DNA of 59,405 nt, filler included, from Sphacelaria rigidula (taxonomy: Eukaryota), in assembly GCA_964200075.2 (NCBI GenBank). It is 9 parts of 9 records of this genome, joined end to end, with 100 filler letters (N's around TTAATTAATTAA, not from the genome) between each part and the next. Parts side by side here need not be neighbours in the genome. Positions count along the whole stretch, not along the records: positions 1 to 6,512 come from CAXNAA020019623.1; positions 6,613 to 13,124 come from CAXNAA020019624.1; 7 more parts are not named here. One strand, 5' to 3'. The notes below the pieces were generated by a model. It made no database searches. It had not been told where the DNA came from and saw only the letters and a program-made list of their open reading frames with translations. Position 1 is the stretch's first letter; each line of letters starts with the position of its first letter. The translations under genes and the position numbers were made by a program. Of this stretch, positions 1 to 12,569 are shown piece after piece.

Positions 1-884
1 TCCCCCCTTTTCTCCCCACCACCACCACTTCCCCCGTCCCCAATAAAACCCTTTCCCTGCCTTCCCCCCCCCCCCCCCCCCCCCTTTGTCGCATGCATGG
101 TATCAACTGACCGACCACTGAGGAGGGTGACATATTCAAGACCACAGTGGTGGCAGGCACTAGGGGCGAAAAAAAGGCGACAAGGTACCTCGTCCAATCA
201 GCGGTCTTGAAATGGTCCTGAACTGAAAAATGCGAATTCCCAGTCCAATTTCCACCTAAAATAATTTTCACATGCTTCACTTTGTAGCAACCCCCATCGG
301 CCCGGAAACCTAACGGAAAACAAATATTCGAAAATGGTTTCCATGGCATCGAATCATAGCTCAAACCGTCGTATTTCGGTGATGTTTGGTTTTGGCGTCG
401 TCAGCTTTCCACTGATGTTACGCATCAAAGGCCCAGGAAGGGTGCCGACGATTTTCCTTACAAATCATCGTAGGAAAGCTCCACCGCCCGTCAAACTCGG
501 CAGTTCGGGAGGTGTCGATGCTCCACAGGGGAAAATGGATCGTTGAAACTATTAAAAAATATATATATATATATATATATATCCGCCCTTTACACGGCTC
601 TTCGAAGTCCCCGCGTGAGGACCCCTGGAAGCCGGTACAGGATGCGCTAAAATAAACGATTTATGCCTCCCGGCGTAGTTCCAGGAACATTTGTGCCAAA
701 TGTCGTCGCGTAACTACAAAATATGATGGACTGGGGTCGTCCTATCGTCAAAACTTGTCCGAAAAAGTCGCACTATATCGAAGCAGCCAGGACTTTGCAC
801 CTTTCAAGCCCACTTTGTCGCACAACAGCCCAAACGTTCACACCGACTCTTTGATTTAGACCCTAAAAACTCGCAAGGTGGGGT

Positions 885-1640
885 TCAGTAGAGTAAGGGT
901 ATGTTCGGTACAGTACGAAATTTCATACAGATCTTGACAGAACTGTCGGGTACAAGTATGAAAGTCGTGCAGAACTTACAGAACGTTTCGGGTACGGCAT
1001 GGAGGGCGTGCAGAAGCCCTGGCCTGCAACCGCGTATTTCTGCAAGGGCATGCCCGTACCCCGGGCAAGGGTAAAAAATTCGTACAGATCGTGCAGTACT
1101 GTCGGGTACCGGTATGGGAAGCTCACAGAACTCATAGAACATGTTGGGTACGATTAAAACCTGGGTGAAATCCCCAGGTATACCAAAAATCGTACCCCAC
1201 AGAACAGCATAATCTTCAACTATTCCGAAACCGTGCTTCGATACATTTTGGTGCAAGACCATAGTTGGGCTTGGGGGTTCGTTTTTTTTTTTTTTCTCTC
1301 TTGGAATTCTCCTGGGAACGATCAAATATGAAGGCGTTGACATGGTTGTGTTTTGAAGGGTACGAGTATGTTCGGTAGGGTATGAGTTTCATACAGAACT
1401 TACACAACTGTCCGATGTAAGTATGTAAGTCGTGCAGAACTTACAGAACCCGTCGGGTTTGGTACGGAGGTTGTCGAGAAACCCTGCCCCGCAACCGGGT
1501 ATTTTTACAAGGGTATGCATGTGCCCCTGGTAAATTTCAACATATCGTATAAATCTCACAGAACTGTCGGGTACTGGTATGGGAGGCTTGCGGAACTCAC
1601 ACAATTGTCGAGTACGGGTAGTACCCAGGTAAATAACCCA
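885..1640 (-). repeat. Two blocks (about 885-1210 and 1345-1640) of the ~41-bp minisatellite-bearing element family
   Basis: Recurrent acagaactgtcgggtac / cagaacttacagaac units are the reverse complement of the arrays at 28800-29270 and 29940-30500. Confidence 0.8.
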
Positions 1641-2250
1641 GGTATAGAAGAACTGTTCCCCCCAAATCACAACCTTGAAAAATTGCAAATACATACTACG
1701 GGGCATTTCGAAACTATCAGCGTGTTTGAATTTCGCACGATTCCGGGGGTCAAAGAATGGCATGTTACTCCCCAGGATCCTCGGACGCCCAACAGCCGGC
1801 GAAAAAAACATCGAAAAAAATATTCCATTGGAGTTTCAAATTGCCCTGTAGTATCTGTGTGCAAATGTTCAAAGTTTAACTCCGAGAATCAGAGTCAACA
1901 TCTGAGCATGAGTGAATTTTGGATCCAAACCATGACCAGCCTGTACCGATCCTCAACTTTCGAGTGAAGGTGACGAATCGTCTGTGAGAAAATGCCGATT
2001 AAGGGAACATCATACTTGAACTTTGACTACTGTATGCTGGAGGACAAAGCTTCGGAATCATCTCAAAGCTTGATCATCTGCCTTAGCAACAAGTGGCATC
2101 GATTCAACTACGCGATCAGAATTACGCAAGCGCCACGTATGCAGGAGACATAACCGAACACGAGCTTCGCTCGGAAGCGACCATGTGAAAAGGATAGTAG
2201 TCAGCAATGAAGGAACCGCAAGAAAGGAGAACGACGACAAAATCTGCATA

Positions 2251-4636
2251 TCACATGACAATGAGCCACAACCCATGGTATGACCGCAAACTTCTGGAGC
2301 ACCCATCCCGCGCCCTACCTAGCCCCATCTCATTTTCATCAGCAGAGACACACGGCGGTAGTCGGTCAGCCAGCGCCTTCGCCATCACAGGATTCATATT
2401 GGCTGGCAAACTCCGCGAATCCTGCAGCTCATACCGCGAAATCCACCGCGCTCCACACAAGTTAGCAGCCGAGGCGAGAGCGCCGCGCGGCAGCAGCGCC
2501 GTAGCCGCCCCCGTAAGCACCAGTGCATAATCGTGCCATGACACCGAGCGCCCTAGCTTCCCCCCCCCCTTGACAGCTCCAGCCGCTGCCGCCGCCGCCG
2601 ATCGCTTCGCCGCCTGCGTCTCCGCCCCCCTCGCCGACATAGTGTGTAGTTTGCTCGCCCCAAGATCTGACCTCGACGAATCATTTAATGCGGGTTCATC
2701 GGGTGGAGAGGCGGCAGCGGCAGCACCGGCGGCTGTGACGCTGACCGCTGAACCCTCTGCAGGAAGGGGTGGAGCAGCTGCAAGAACTGCGGGGTCCTCT
2801 GTGACGGCGGGCGAAGGGGCGGCCGGCAACGGGCAGTTTTTTTTTTCAGGCAACCCGGGCAAGCGCGCCACCTCTAGTGGGCGCGGTGTATCCGTCACCG
2901 GCCGCGTCCAAACGGAGTCTTTTTCGTTGCTCGCTAGTCTTTCGTCACCTGCTTGCCGACTACCAGCACCAACTGGCTCGTTTTCCTGGCCACTCTTCTT
3001 TTCCCCGTCCAAATAACCCGGTTGTGCCCTAGTCACAATCGTTTCAGATCGAGTTACAGCAGGATCCCATTGCTGGCTATCCACCGGTTGTGGCGTGATG
3101 ATATCCGTGTTGGTGCTCGTGGACGTCGCCGATACCACTTTTGCCGCAGCCGCCTCCATTCCCACACCGGCCACCGCGACCGCCATTTCTTCCTCGATCG
3201 ACTCTTGAAACGGCGATGCAGTGGGGGGCGGAGTCGCAGACCGCTGGCGGAACCTTCCCGACGCGCGGGTCCACTTGTTGTGCTGGCTTTCCCGGCCATA
3301 TTTTCTCGACTCAAGCGTTGTAGAAACATCTCGTGATGCCTGGAGGTCACCTTGCTGTGCTTGCAAGGTGGCAGGGTGTCGCGTGTGCTCTTCGGGGGTG
3401 GGCGCGAGGGAACCAACGGGGGCCGACACGTGCGCGTTGACCCGCGGCTGTTCGGGCCCCAGCCATTGATCGTGTGCTTGAATGGGTGCGACTGACACAA
3501 CCGGCGATGTGTGTCCAGCCTGTTGAGACCGCCCGCTACTCGCTGGCCACTCGCCACCGTTTGACTGTGCGGAATCCCTGTACAAGATCACCCGCCCGCC
3601 GTTGTCTATCGCCATCTGAGCCCTGGGCATCTGAATATTCCCATTTCCGGCACTATTAATAGCGCTGCCGTGGGTATCTCCAAGGGATTTCCCCGGGCTG
3701 ACCATATTCGCCACGTGTCTATCGCTTGAGGTGAGGTCGAGCTGACCCTTCTCCTGAAACGAGAAAAATACCTGTTCCACAGGCAATGCCGCATCCCCAT
3801 TTCGCGGGGGTGCCGCACTTTCATATTTGTCCCAGCCGCTGTCCTCGTCAACATACTTAGGCCTCTGCTGTCGCCCCCCCCGCACCCAGCTTTGTGTTTC
3901 GCGCTCCCACGACCAAAAGGCCCCACCAGGCGGAGAGGGGACCGGACCATCATGCGGGGGGTTGTGCGCGGCGTGTGTATTCGTGTCGAAAAACGGCTGG
4001 AAGTTCTCCATCATGCGGTGTTCGTTGTACGCCCTGGCTGAAACCTGCAAGTAGTCCGTGGCCTCTGTATTGTTGACCCCATCCCCATGGTCACGCCCAC
4101 CCCTTCGCCCACGCCCACCACCATGCCCCACCTGCCCATGATGAACGGGGGGCTCGGCACCATCTAGTGGCGTGAATTCGCGCCCGAGCAGCCGGGGATC
4201 GGCGTTATAGTTTCCGAAGTCTTCGTCGAGCACCTGTTCACTTTGCTGCTGCCGCCGCTGCCGCCGCCGCTGCCGCCGTTCCGCGTCCTTCGGCAACAGC
4301 TGTTGCCCCGTCGCCAGGTGTACAGCCTCATGATGAGGGTACCCGTTGTTGTAGCTTTCATCATTAGATGCCGCCGTCTCATATGATGCCGACGCCTCTG
4401 GGTTCGGCGCGGGGGCTCTCATCATGTTCATAATCGGCAGTTGTACAGGTAATGTCATGCCGTGAGCGTACGGCACGGCATACCCAGGCCCCTCGGGCGG
4501 CGGTGGCTGTGCCTGAAGAGGACCGCCATTGCCCCCGTGAGGACCATAGAGATGCACATCGTGTACACTCGGCCCGTACTGTTGTTGGCCATGGTGATGA
4601 GGGTGGTTCTCCTGCTCGTACTGGTCGTACATAGGA

Positions 4637-4679
<43 letters not shown>

Positions 4680-4744
4680 ATTGGCCCTGGTGTTGTTGTT
4701 GGTATTGTTGATGTTGTTCTTGCTCCTGCGCTTGCTGCTGCTGC

Positions 4745-4777
<33 letters not shown>

Positions 4778-5052
4778 CGTAGCTGCTGTTGTTGCTGGGG
4801 GTGAAGGTGCCCGAAACCGTCAAATTCCCCTCCGAACGCAGGACCCCAATATGGCTGTTGGTTGTAATCTGCCAGGTTCGCTCCTCCTCCTCCTTCTCCT
4901 TCTTCTCCTTCTTCTTCTTCATCATCTCCCTCTGGCGGATGCTTTGGTTTGGCGCGGCCACCGCCTCGCCGCTGAGGCGGCGATACAGGCGGTCGGCCGC
5001 CACCACCACCGCCACGTCCCCTTTTCTTATTACGCTTCTTGGCTGGTGCCAT
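2251..5052 (-). CDS. Uncharacterised 933-aa low-complexity protein (Q/G/H/P/A-rich, basic N-terminus); single exon or large first exon
   Basis: 2.8-kb uninterrupted GC-rich ORF; N-terminal KKRNKKRGR (NLS-like), acidic run, polyQ from CAG/CAA repeats, RSVSW motif near the C-terminus. No recognisable catalytic domain; true 3' end uncertain. Confidence 0.7.
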
Positions 5053-5851
5053 GTTGTGTCTGACGCACAGGAGAGCAACGGGAGAGAAACACTACTTGTA
5101 TTTCAGCTTGTGATAACCCAGCCGTTATGATAGTCCATAAAGTACTACGAGCAGGTATTTCATGCGGTATCTGTAGAGACCGACACTGGAACGTTTCGAC
5201 GACTGACGAGTCAACCCGAAGATGGTCAGATTGGAAAATAACTATGCCAAATGAGGATGGTATAGTATTGGAAAATGACATTGGTAGAGCGTGTCTACCA
5301 AATGTCATGGATCTAAAGAGAGTGGGTCAACAGTAGTGTATCTGCCGAGTACAGAATAACACAGTGTACAGCTAATCCTGCTTTTCCAGACACATCGAAA
5401 GTCGTCTTCAAAACAGGTCAGTACACTGTACATCCCATTGTTTGACAAGCTTAGCTGTTCGGTTTCAACTTCCTCCATACCGAGCTATATATCTTGTAAC
5501 CTGGAGGTAGATTCAAGTCCTGGAGGGCTGCCTAGATCCACCCTACATAGATAGACCATGATTCCGGGAGGATACTGAACGTAGCAATGCTGCGGCTACA
5601 AAATGCACCAAGATACGGAGCTCTGCAGATCTTCCCCGTCTCCATGAGTGTAGACTGGTGCGTGTGTAAGCAAGAGTAGTGAAACGTCTTTGACATCCCG
5701 TCCTCCCGTTGAGGGCAGTCCCCAAGCCAACTATAAAAAAAAACATCGCTGGATGCCGGCGTCACCGCTTTCGATGTATACTACGTATTGTTATTACTAG
5801 TCAATAATATTGTAGATCTGGACCAGGCGAAACACAACCTACAACACCGTA

Positions 5852-6010
5852 CAGGCTGGTCCACGGTGATCACCCAAACTTGTGTCATCAGCAAATGCCT
5901 TCCGCAGTACGCACCCTATAGTCGCATATATTGTATCATACTGATCACAATGAAGAGACGACGAGGGTGACATAGCCGGATTTTTGTTTAAGGCCGTAGC
6001 AGTGGCGCTA
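5852..6010 (+). mobile_element. DNA-transposon end, TA|CAGGCTGGT terminus (Tc1/mariner-like); related ends finishing at 1943 and 20069
   Basis: TA-CAGGCTGGTCCACGGTGATCACCCAAA here matches the reverse complement of GGGTGATGAACTTGAACCAGCCTG-TA (to 20069) and GACCAGCCTG-TA (to 1943); each is flanked by TA. Confidence 0.5.
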
Positions 6011-6234
6011 TGGACGAAAATGTGTCTCAGCCAATCAGCGCCCTTCAAACTGTTCCGATATGTAAATTTCGAGTACCAAGCCCAATTCTCACCCAATCTC
6101 TACATGCTTTAAATCGTAGTAACCGTCATCGACACGGAAATCTATCGAGATATCAAATTGTCAAAACGGTTACTACGGAGGTCGAATTACACCCGAAACC
6201 GTGATGTGTCGGTGATGTCGGGTGTTGTATTGTG

Positions 6235-6512
6235 TTGTGTGTGTGTCTGTGTGTTTTGTCGTCCCATTTATTCTGGGCGCCAGTCTACCCCTTTCGAGAT
6301 ATGTGAGCGCATCAGCCAAGGTCACACAAGAGGATGGTCAACACAGGAGCTTTTCTTTATATATATTATTTTAGTACCCCACCTTCCTTCTGCGGTGCGT
6401 GCCTTTTCTTTTTTATCGCTAGAGGGGTTCAGCAGTCCCTTTCTCTCGTCGACCGTGAAGTCGAATGTAGGGTACCCACGACATAGTCGCTCTCCGCTGT
6501 TGAGCATGGTAT
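6235..6512 (-). mobile_element. tRNA-derived SINE copy, head cut off by the contig end
   Basis: Reverse complement matches the SINE body (catgctcaacagcggagagcgact...gtcgacgagagaaagggactgctgaacccc...gcagaaggaaggtgggg) and ends in a (CA)-rich tail. Confidence 0.85.
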
Positions 6513-6612
6513 NNNNNNNNNNNNNNNNNNNNNNNNNNNNNNNNNNNNNNNNNNNNTTAATTAATTAANNNNNNNNNNNNNNNNNNNNNNNNNNNNNNNN
6601 NNNNNNNNNNNN
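6513..6612. other. Artificial contig linker (N44-TTAATTAATTAA-N44); identical linkers at 13125-13224, 19737-19836, 26349-26448, 32961-33060, 39573-39672, 46184-46283, 52795-52894
   Basis: Eight identical 100-nt spacers with stops in all six frames separate segments of 6511-6512 bp, as expected for length-sorted concatenated contigs. Confidence 0.98.
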
Positions 6613-6784
6613 GGGACGGAGCACGCCGGGTTCTCGCCGGACCAGGCTGTTCTCGGGGGAGGGGGGGGGGAAGGCAATCGATGGCGTCCTTTGTAGACAT
6701 TCACGTACATGTGTAGGATATAATCCATCGCCATCCGTTTTCTTTGCCTCCTTCCCGCACGTCTTGACATCTCGTCGTTTTTAG

Positions 6785-6923
6785 AGGACTCGTGGAGGCT
6801 TCCCTCAACAAAAGACTGGACTCGGTGTTCGAGAGGTTCGACGAGAGGCCACTAGGTGCCGCGAGTATTGGGCAGGTTCACCGAGCCACCCTCAAGGACG
6901 ACGGTCGGGACGTGGTGGTCAAG
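6785..6923 (+). CDS. ABC1/ADCK/UbiB-family atypical kinase, internal exon A
   Basis: Encodes VFERFDERPLGAASIGQVHRATLKDDGRDVVVK (A-rich loop AASIGQVH plus the VxVK lysine); ttttag acceptor and AAG|gtac donor. Confidence 0.9.
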
Positions 6924-7488
6924 GTACAACGCGAACGAACCAACGAGCGGGCGGGCGGGCGAGCGAGCGAACTGCCCTTCTCTTTTCGTTTTTGTGTGTT
7001 CCTTCTCTGTAAAGAAGCAACGAAACGAAAAGGTGATTGCTGCTTGGCCGGGAAAAAAGGTCTCGCCTTGCTTACCCAATCGAAAATATTCATCAAAATT
7101 GCGTATCTTCAAGCATTGTTACCCGTTTTTTTTTTTGTCGCACGTTCTTATGCATGAAGAAACAGAGTATACACACGCGCGCACAGACACACAGACAGAC
7201 GGACACAAAAATGTTTGCGCACACCCAGTGTTGTGGTCGTGGTCCACTGTATTCCTTATCGCCGGCAGATATTCCGAGATATCACCTGCATCGTGTATAT
7301 TTTAATGTGGAATCCATCCATTTACAAACTCGGACTATAATGCCATGAGCCGGGGGGGAAGGGGGTGCACTCATGATGAGCAAGGGGAGAAATAGGTTGG
7401 TGAAAACAAAACAAAATTACTCGAACTGGTCGCCCACCTAGTCAGAAGTGTCACTAAAATGTGATGAGGCTTTTTGTACTGTACCGCA

Positions 7489-7797
7489 CTCCCCGGTGGC
7501 TCAGTTGGCAACCTCGAAACCCCCTGACGGGTGAGTCATTGATTCGAATCTCGGTGCAGACACACGATCTGGGATTTTCCTCACACCATGCCCCAATAGT
7601 GGAGAGTGACTACCAAGTCGTGGGTACACAAAAATCGACTTCGCGGTCGACGAGGGAGAGGGACTGCTGAACCCCTCTCGCGATAAACAAATCAGGCAAG
7701 CACCGCAGAAGGAAGCTGGAGAACCACGATATGAAGAACAAAAAAACTCCTGTGTTTGCCTCCCTTCTGTGTGACTCCGGCCGATGCGCCCACGTGT
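7489..7797 (+). mobile_element. tRNA-derived SINE copy inside the kinase intron
   Basis: A box TGGCTCAGTTGG and B-box-like GATTCGAATC, followed by the shared SINE body. Confidence 0.85.
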
Positions 7798-7809
7798 GGT
7801 GCGCTACAG

Positions 7810-8007
7810 GTTATGTACCCCAACGTGGAGACGATGTTCAGATCGGACATCAAGACCATGAAGGACTTCTGCGCGTTGGCGCAGCCCGAGCACCTGGTGA
7901 TGCTCAGCGAAGTGGAGAAACAATTCTTGACGGAGTTTGATTTCCGAGAGGAAGCCAAGAATTTGCAACTCGTGCGCGAAAACATGCGGAAGGCGTATCG
8001 ACGGCAG
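7810..8007 (+). CDS. ABC1/ADCK/UbiB-family kinase, internal exon B
   Basis: tacag|VMYPNVETMFRSDIKTMK...EKQFLTEFDFREEAKNL...RRQ|gtct; contains the ABC1 E-x-D-F-x-x-E-A-x-N motif; phase 0 joins on both sides. Confidence 0.9.
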
Positions 8008-8626
8008 GTCTGGGAATGTCATTGATTTGGTTTGGTTTGGTTTGGTTTGGTCGCGTTGAGGTGAGGTGAGGTGAGGTGAGGTGAGTTGGTTCACTTGGGT
8101 GAGTAGATGCTTGCTTGAAATGTGCGTCGCTGTGCCGCTCGCTGTTGTGTTTTTTTTGTTATCTGATTGTTGGCTCCACACATATGGTTGTGATCGTGTT
8201 GGTCACGTTGTTGTTTTTTCATCAGGTAGTCATTTTTGTGTAGTCAGTCTTGGTCCGGTAGACAGTACGTAAGTAAGGCAATAATTTGTGATCGTTTTCA
8301 AGGGTGTGTTGGGTGGGGTAAATCCTACATCTACATTTGGTTAATATTGCAAAATCGTCCTCCGAGCACCCAGAACTTGGGGCAAGAGTATTGAGATTGA
8401 AGTCGACAGCAACCAGATACTGTATTGGGTGCAGTAATGCAATCGTACCTCGCTGTACCCAATATCTGGGTAGAGGTTCGGGATCGGACCATCGCAACCC
8501 GAAAGTCGGGATAGTAATTCCCGGGTATTTTCCCTGCCCAGCACACCCGTGATCGTATTCTCTTTTTTTGCACATTGGTGATGCATGAGATTGCGAGTTT
8601 TGTTCGCCTTTTTTTTTCCTCTCTAA

Positions 8627-9098
8627 GGCTACCTCTTATGTAAAAAAAATAAAACTTGTTGAAAAGTGCATTTTTGGCCCTCCTCCGTCGTTTTCCCCCC
8701 GGAAATGGGGCTAGGCGGGGTGTTGACACCTTGGAATGGCTAGATCTACTCGCTGAGACGGTTCTGGAGCACCTTCGCGTTTCCCGCAGGTCACAGTTTC
8801 GTTTTTGGCCAAACTTGCATTTTCAATAAGAAACGGCCGAGTTATCGAAAAGCAGGGGGAGAACTGACATTTTGTTGGTAACTTGACCGCTTGTTATTGA
8901 AAATGCAAGTTTGGCCAAAAGCGAAACCGTGACCTACGGAAAAAGTAAAGGTGCCCTGGAACGGCCTCAGCGAGTAGAGCAACTCATTACAAGCTGTCAA
9001 CATCCGCCAAGCCCTCTTTTGGGGCGAAAGATGACGGAGAAGGGCCAACAATGCACTTTTCAAAATTGTTTTTATTTTTTTATACATAAGAAGTAGCT
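8627..9098. mobile_element. MITE with ~75-bp TIRs (Tourist/PIF-like TAA duplication, or Kolobok-like TTAA)
   Basis: GGCTACCTCTTATGTAAAAAAAATAAAAC...GAAAAGTGCATTTTTGGCCCT versus AGGGCCAACAATGCACTTTTC...CATAAGAAGTAGCT; TAA at 8624-8626 and 9099-9101. Confidence 0.7.
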
Positions 9099-9664
9099 TA
9101 AGGATCGATTGTTGATCTTGGCCTGCTGGGTTTCTTGTTTATACTGTGCGTTTTCTGAGCTTTTTCTGTGCAGCTTACTTTGCTTGTTTTCTCCCTTTTC
9201 TTGGCACATCCCCTGTTACCTCGAGTTTCCCACCTTGCTCTTGAGTTTGCTCCAGCGAGTGTTTGATTCACCTCGGGTACGTACGTATATATTGTCTTGT
9301 GAGCACAGCCGGGTGCGTGGCGGATCAGGTCATGTTCCACCATCAATACAAAAGTCAATGGATCGATGGTCCTTGGTAACACGATCAGACTGGAATGCGA
9401 AAACAGTATATCCCATGTGTACAATGCACGCGTTCCCTGTCTTCTCTTTTCCATTTCGTTTGATTCAACATGCGGAGTACACACCATATGTTTTTTTTAT
9501 CTTCTGAGCACTCGAGACTATCATCCCGGGAGCTTCCGACCGGTCGTCGATGTCAACGTGTGTTACATCTCGAACGCCTTTTGCCACGGTGTCCGCTGAC
9601 CAAGTACGTTTGCCTGTAAAGCGATCTCCCATGGTGAAGCCTGAAATGCATCTGTTTTCACCAG

Positions 9665-9804
9665 GTGGTCGTGCCGGAGGCAATGATTGCCACGCCTTCT
9701 GTATTGGTCATGGAATACGTGCCCGGAAAGATGCTCGTCGATGCGCTGCAGGAACACATGGAGGTTGTCGCGAAGGAGCGGGGCATGACCGTCGAAGAAC
9801 TGAG
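9665..9804 (+). CDS. ABC1/ADCK/UbiB-family kinase, internal exon C
   Basis: accag|VVVPEAMIATPSVLVMEYVPGKMLVDALQEHMEVVAKERGMTVEELR|gttag; VVVP and VLVMEY-x-x-G motifs follow exon B in frame. Confidence 0.88.
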
Positions 9805-11108
9805 GTTAGAGCGTTTTTGTTTTTGTTCGTCGCTTTCTCCTCTTAATCTTCGTTCAGCTGTGATGGTATTTCACGCTCGAACGTGTATCGCCTTCTCTTG
9901 TTGTTATTCATGTTTATGTGTACAGTACTTGGCGTTTGGATCCTGGATTCACTTACCAGTAATCGTTTGTTTCTTTTTTTCGCAAAAGAGTCGTTGTCTT
10001 GGCTCGAAAAAACAGAGAATTGGTAAGTGTTGGTAAAATAAACATATCCCAGTTTTGTGTTGTCGGGGCAATACCTAGTAAAGCTGCGTTTCTCGGAGAA
10101 GGGGCTCACTGACCGTATTCGGTCGAACGACGCAGTTTGTCGGCTGTAGTGCAATAAAAAGGTACAAGTGAAGAAGACTGAACCCCATAACTCTTCCCCA
10201 TATTGATGAGAGCCACAACCTGGGGCCGCATGCTCGCTGAAGCCCCCACGAACACCTGCGTTGCAGTTCGTATGAAACGGTCGAAAAAATGCACCCGAAA
10301 AAGCACAACGCAGAATCCTTTTTCATGGCACGAGAAACTGGCTGATGTGGTGGTATACTGAAACCAAGTGACTATGATTTTCTTTACACATTTTCGATGA
10401 ATGTTGAGCCTATTTTACCCAACAGAAAAAGTGCTCTCAAAGGACGCATGAACGGTACCGTTGTGCAGCTGAGGGTGTCAGGGACACGACCACCCACCAT
10501 GCTTTGGGGGTTACAACGACCGCCTTAGAAGGTCGAGGTTGGTAGGGTGACACGTAAACCCCGTTTTTCGCGAGGCGGCCTCGTAAGTCGCGATCATCCC
10601 TGGTCTGGGAGAACACGCACATGGAATGTTCAAAAGCGCAAGCCTCCTCGGCAAAAGTTGGTCGCTCCATGACCAAGAGGTCGCGTTGGCCAACACCAGC
10701 TTGGACGCAATGGTTTCATATCTAGCAACCGAGCATGCTTGCGAGCTGTGCCTCCTTGCCACATGTCACAAGCTGTGGACTCGAGCGAATCATGTTGATG
10801 CGCTTCTGCTTCTGGGAAGGAATGACATTTTGTACCGTGCGGAAGCAACGCAAAACACAACACAGGTATATTGCGAACATGATATGCTCGGGAAGCAAAT
10901 GACATGCACATACATCTAGATCTACAGCTCGCAAACCCCAAGGCTTGCCCTGCTTCCTAAGCGAATCCTTGTAGGACAACGATCTATTTAGTACTACAGG
11001 AGCTGTTGTGCTGGGACAGAACAAATAGCTCCCTTCCATTTTCTTCCGATGGTACAGTTATTTTTCTGTCTGTACTATTGTCTATAAAATCCAGACACCT
11101 GTACTGTC

Positions 11109-11346
11109 TACAAAATTCGACTTCATGGTCGACGAGGGAAAGGGACCGTTGAACCCCTCTCGCGATGAAAAAAAAGGCAAGCGCCGCAGAAGGAAGGCGT
11201 AAAACTCAACAAAAAATATAAAATAAAAACTCCTGTATTGGCCTTCCTCCTACGTAACCCCAGCTGATGCGCCCACGTATACCGAACGGTGTAGACTGGC
11301 GTCTAGAATATATGGGATGACAACACACACACACACACACACACAC
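11109..11346 (+). mobile_element. 5'-truncated tRNA-derived SINE copy with (CA)n tail
   Basis: ggtcgacgagggaaagggaccgttgaacccctctcgcgatgaaa...tgggatgacaacacacac matches the other copies. Confidence 0.85.
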
Positions 11347-12497
11347 TGTCTGCACTGTCTGCACTGTCTGTACTGTCTGTACTGGCTATGCTGACTCTAT
11401 TGATTGTAGCTACTGATTGATCGTTGCGCGTGAGCCAATCCCTGATGGACCCAGCCGTTGTCACAAAGTGGACGGACCTGAGGTGAGCAAAACGGCAACT
11501 CTCGCGAAAGAGAGAGAAGAAGAAAAGTGGACTAAAAATAATAATTACTGTACGAGTATGTATAGAACGTGTCGCAGACAGCACGCTCAAGCTGTTGCTG
11601 TTATTGGAATAAGGTGCTGCGTGAACTTCTCAAGTAGATCAAGCGCAAGGTGGGAATTCGCCACCAGTGGTAACGACACGAATCAGCAGTCTACCGGGGT
11701 ATTGTTGCGCTTGTTGCGTCCGATTACAAGATGGTGCTGTCTACGCAGGTAGATTGTGCGTTGTGATTGGCTGATGGGCAGAGTTGTACACAGTTAGCCT
11801 CTCAGGAATACGTTGTGCCGCGTTTTAGTCGTACTCCAACATATTTCAATGCATTCCCCCCCAAAACAAACAAAGAAACAAACTCCACTAATAGCTGAAA
11901 TCTCGCTGGTCGATGCTGAGGAGGGTAAAATACTGTGTGACCGACGAACGCTCTTAGGAATGAATTTCCGTAAGCGTCCATGTCTGTTCACGTCGATTTC
12001 AAATGGTGGAAGATACTGAAATATTATCAAAGTTGTACTTTTCGGTCGCAATACAGGGGAAGAAATGACTTGTTGTATGGGATTGCATTGCAGGTGCAAA
12101 CGGTTAGCCTGTCAGTGGTTCCGAGTTGACCGTACATACGATTTTATGTTCGGAGAATGAGTTGGGTACTCTCATCTATCGATTCCCGAAAATTCAGATG
12201 AAACGTTAATTGCGATGTGTTCGTGTCACAGAAGAAACAGGAAAATCGCTCTCGAGATAAGTTATAGTAGACAGATATTAACGACTACCATATATGGTGT
12301 GTTTGGATTTAGAACAAAAAACATATCTAAGGCAGCCTTGGAGGAAATGGGCCTCTTTTTTGCTTTTACGGGATAGCGAAATCATGCGGGTATTTTTTTT
12401 CGTAGGGCTCAAGGGGAGTAGTCTGTGGGAAGGGGGAGGCATTGCAAGGCCCAGCAACGACTTCAAGCATCGCGACCTTGGGTCGGAAGGCGTTACG

Positions 12498-12499
<2 letters not shown>

Positions 12500-12568
<69 letters not shown>
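12500..12568. repeat. (TG)n microsatellite
   Basis: Uninterrupted TG dinucleotide run. Confidence 0.97.

Positions 12569-12569
<1 letters not shown>

Noticed and set aside
885..1967. ORFs of 140-152 aa over the 41-bp repeat blocks
   Set aside because: They are translations of repeat DNA that recurs non-codingly elsewhere.
4455..5130. PolyS and polyL ORFs overlapping the 933-aa ORF
   Set aside because: Alternative-frame and antisense readings of the CAG/CAA repeats.
1934..5870. 933-aa ORF captured between CAGGCTGG termini
   Set aside because: The ends at 1943 and 5852 belong to elements extending away from the ORF, so they do not enclose it.
10020..10920. PARP-like ILFHGT motif or transposase remnant
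   Set aside because: A single short motif in a frame with nearby stops and no other supporting motifs.
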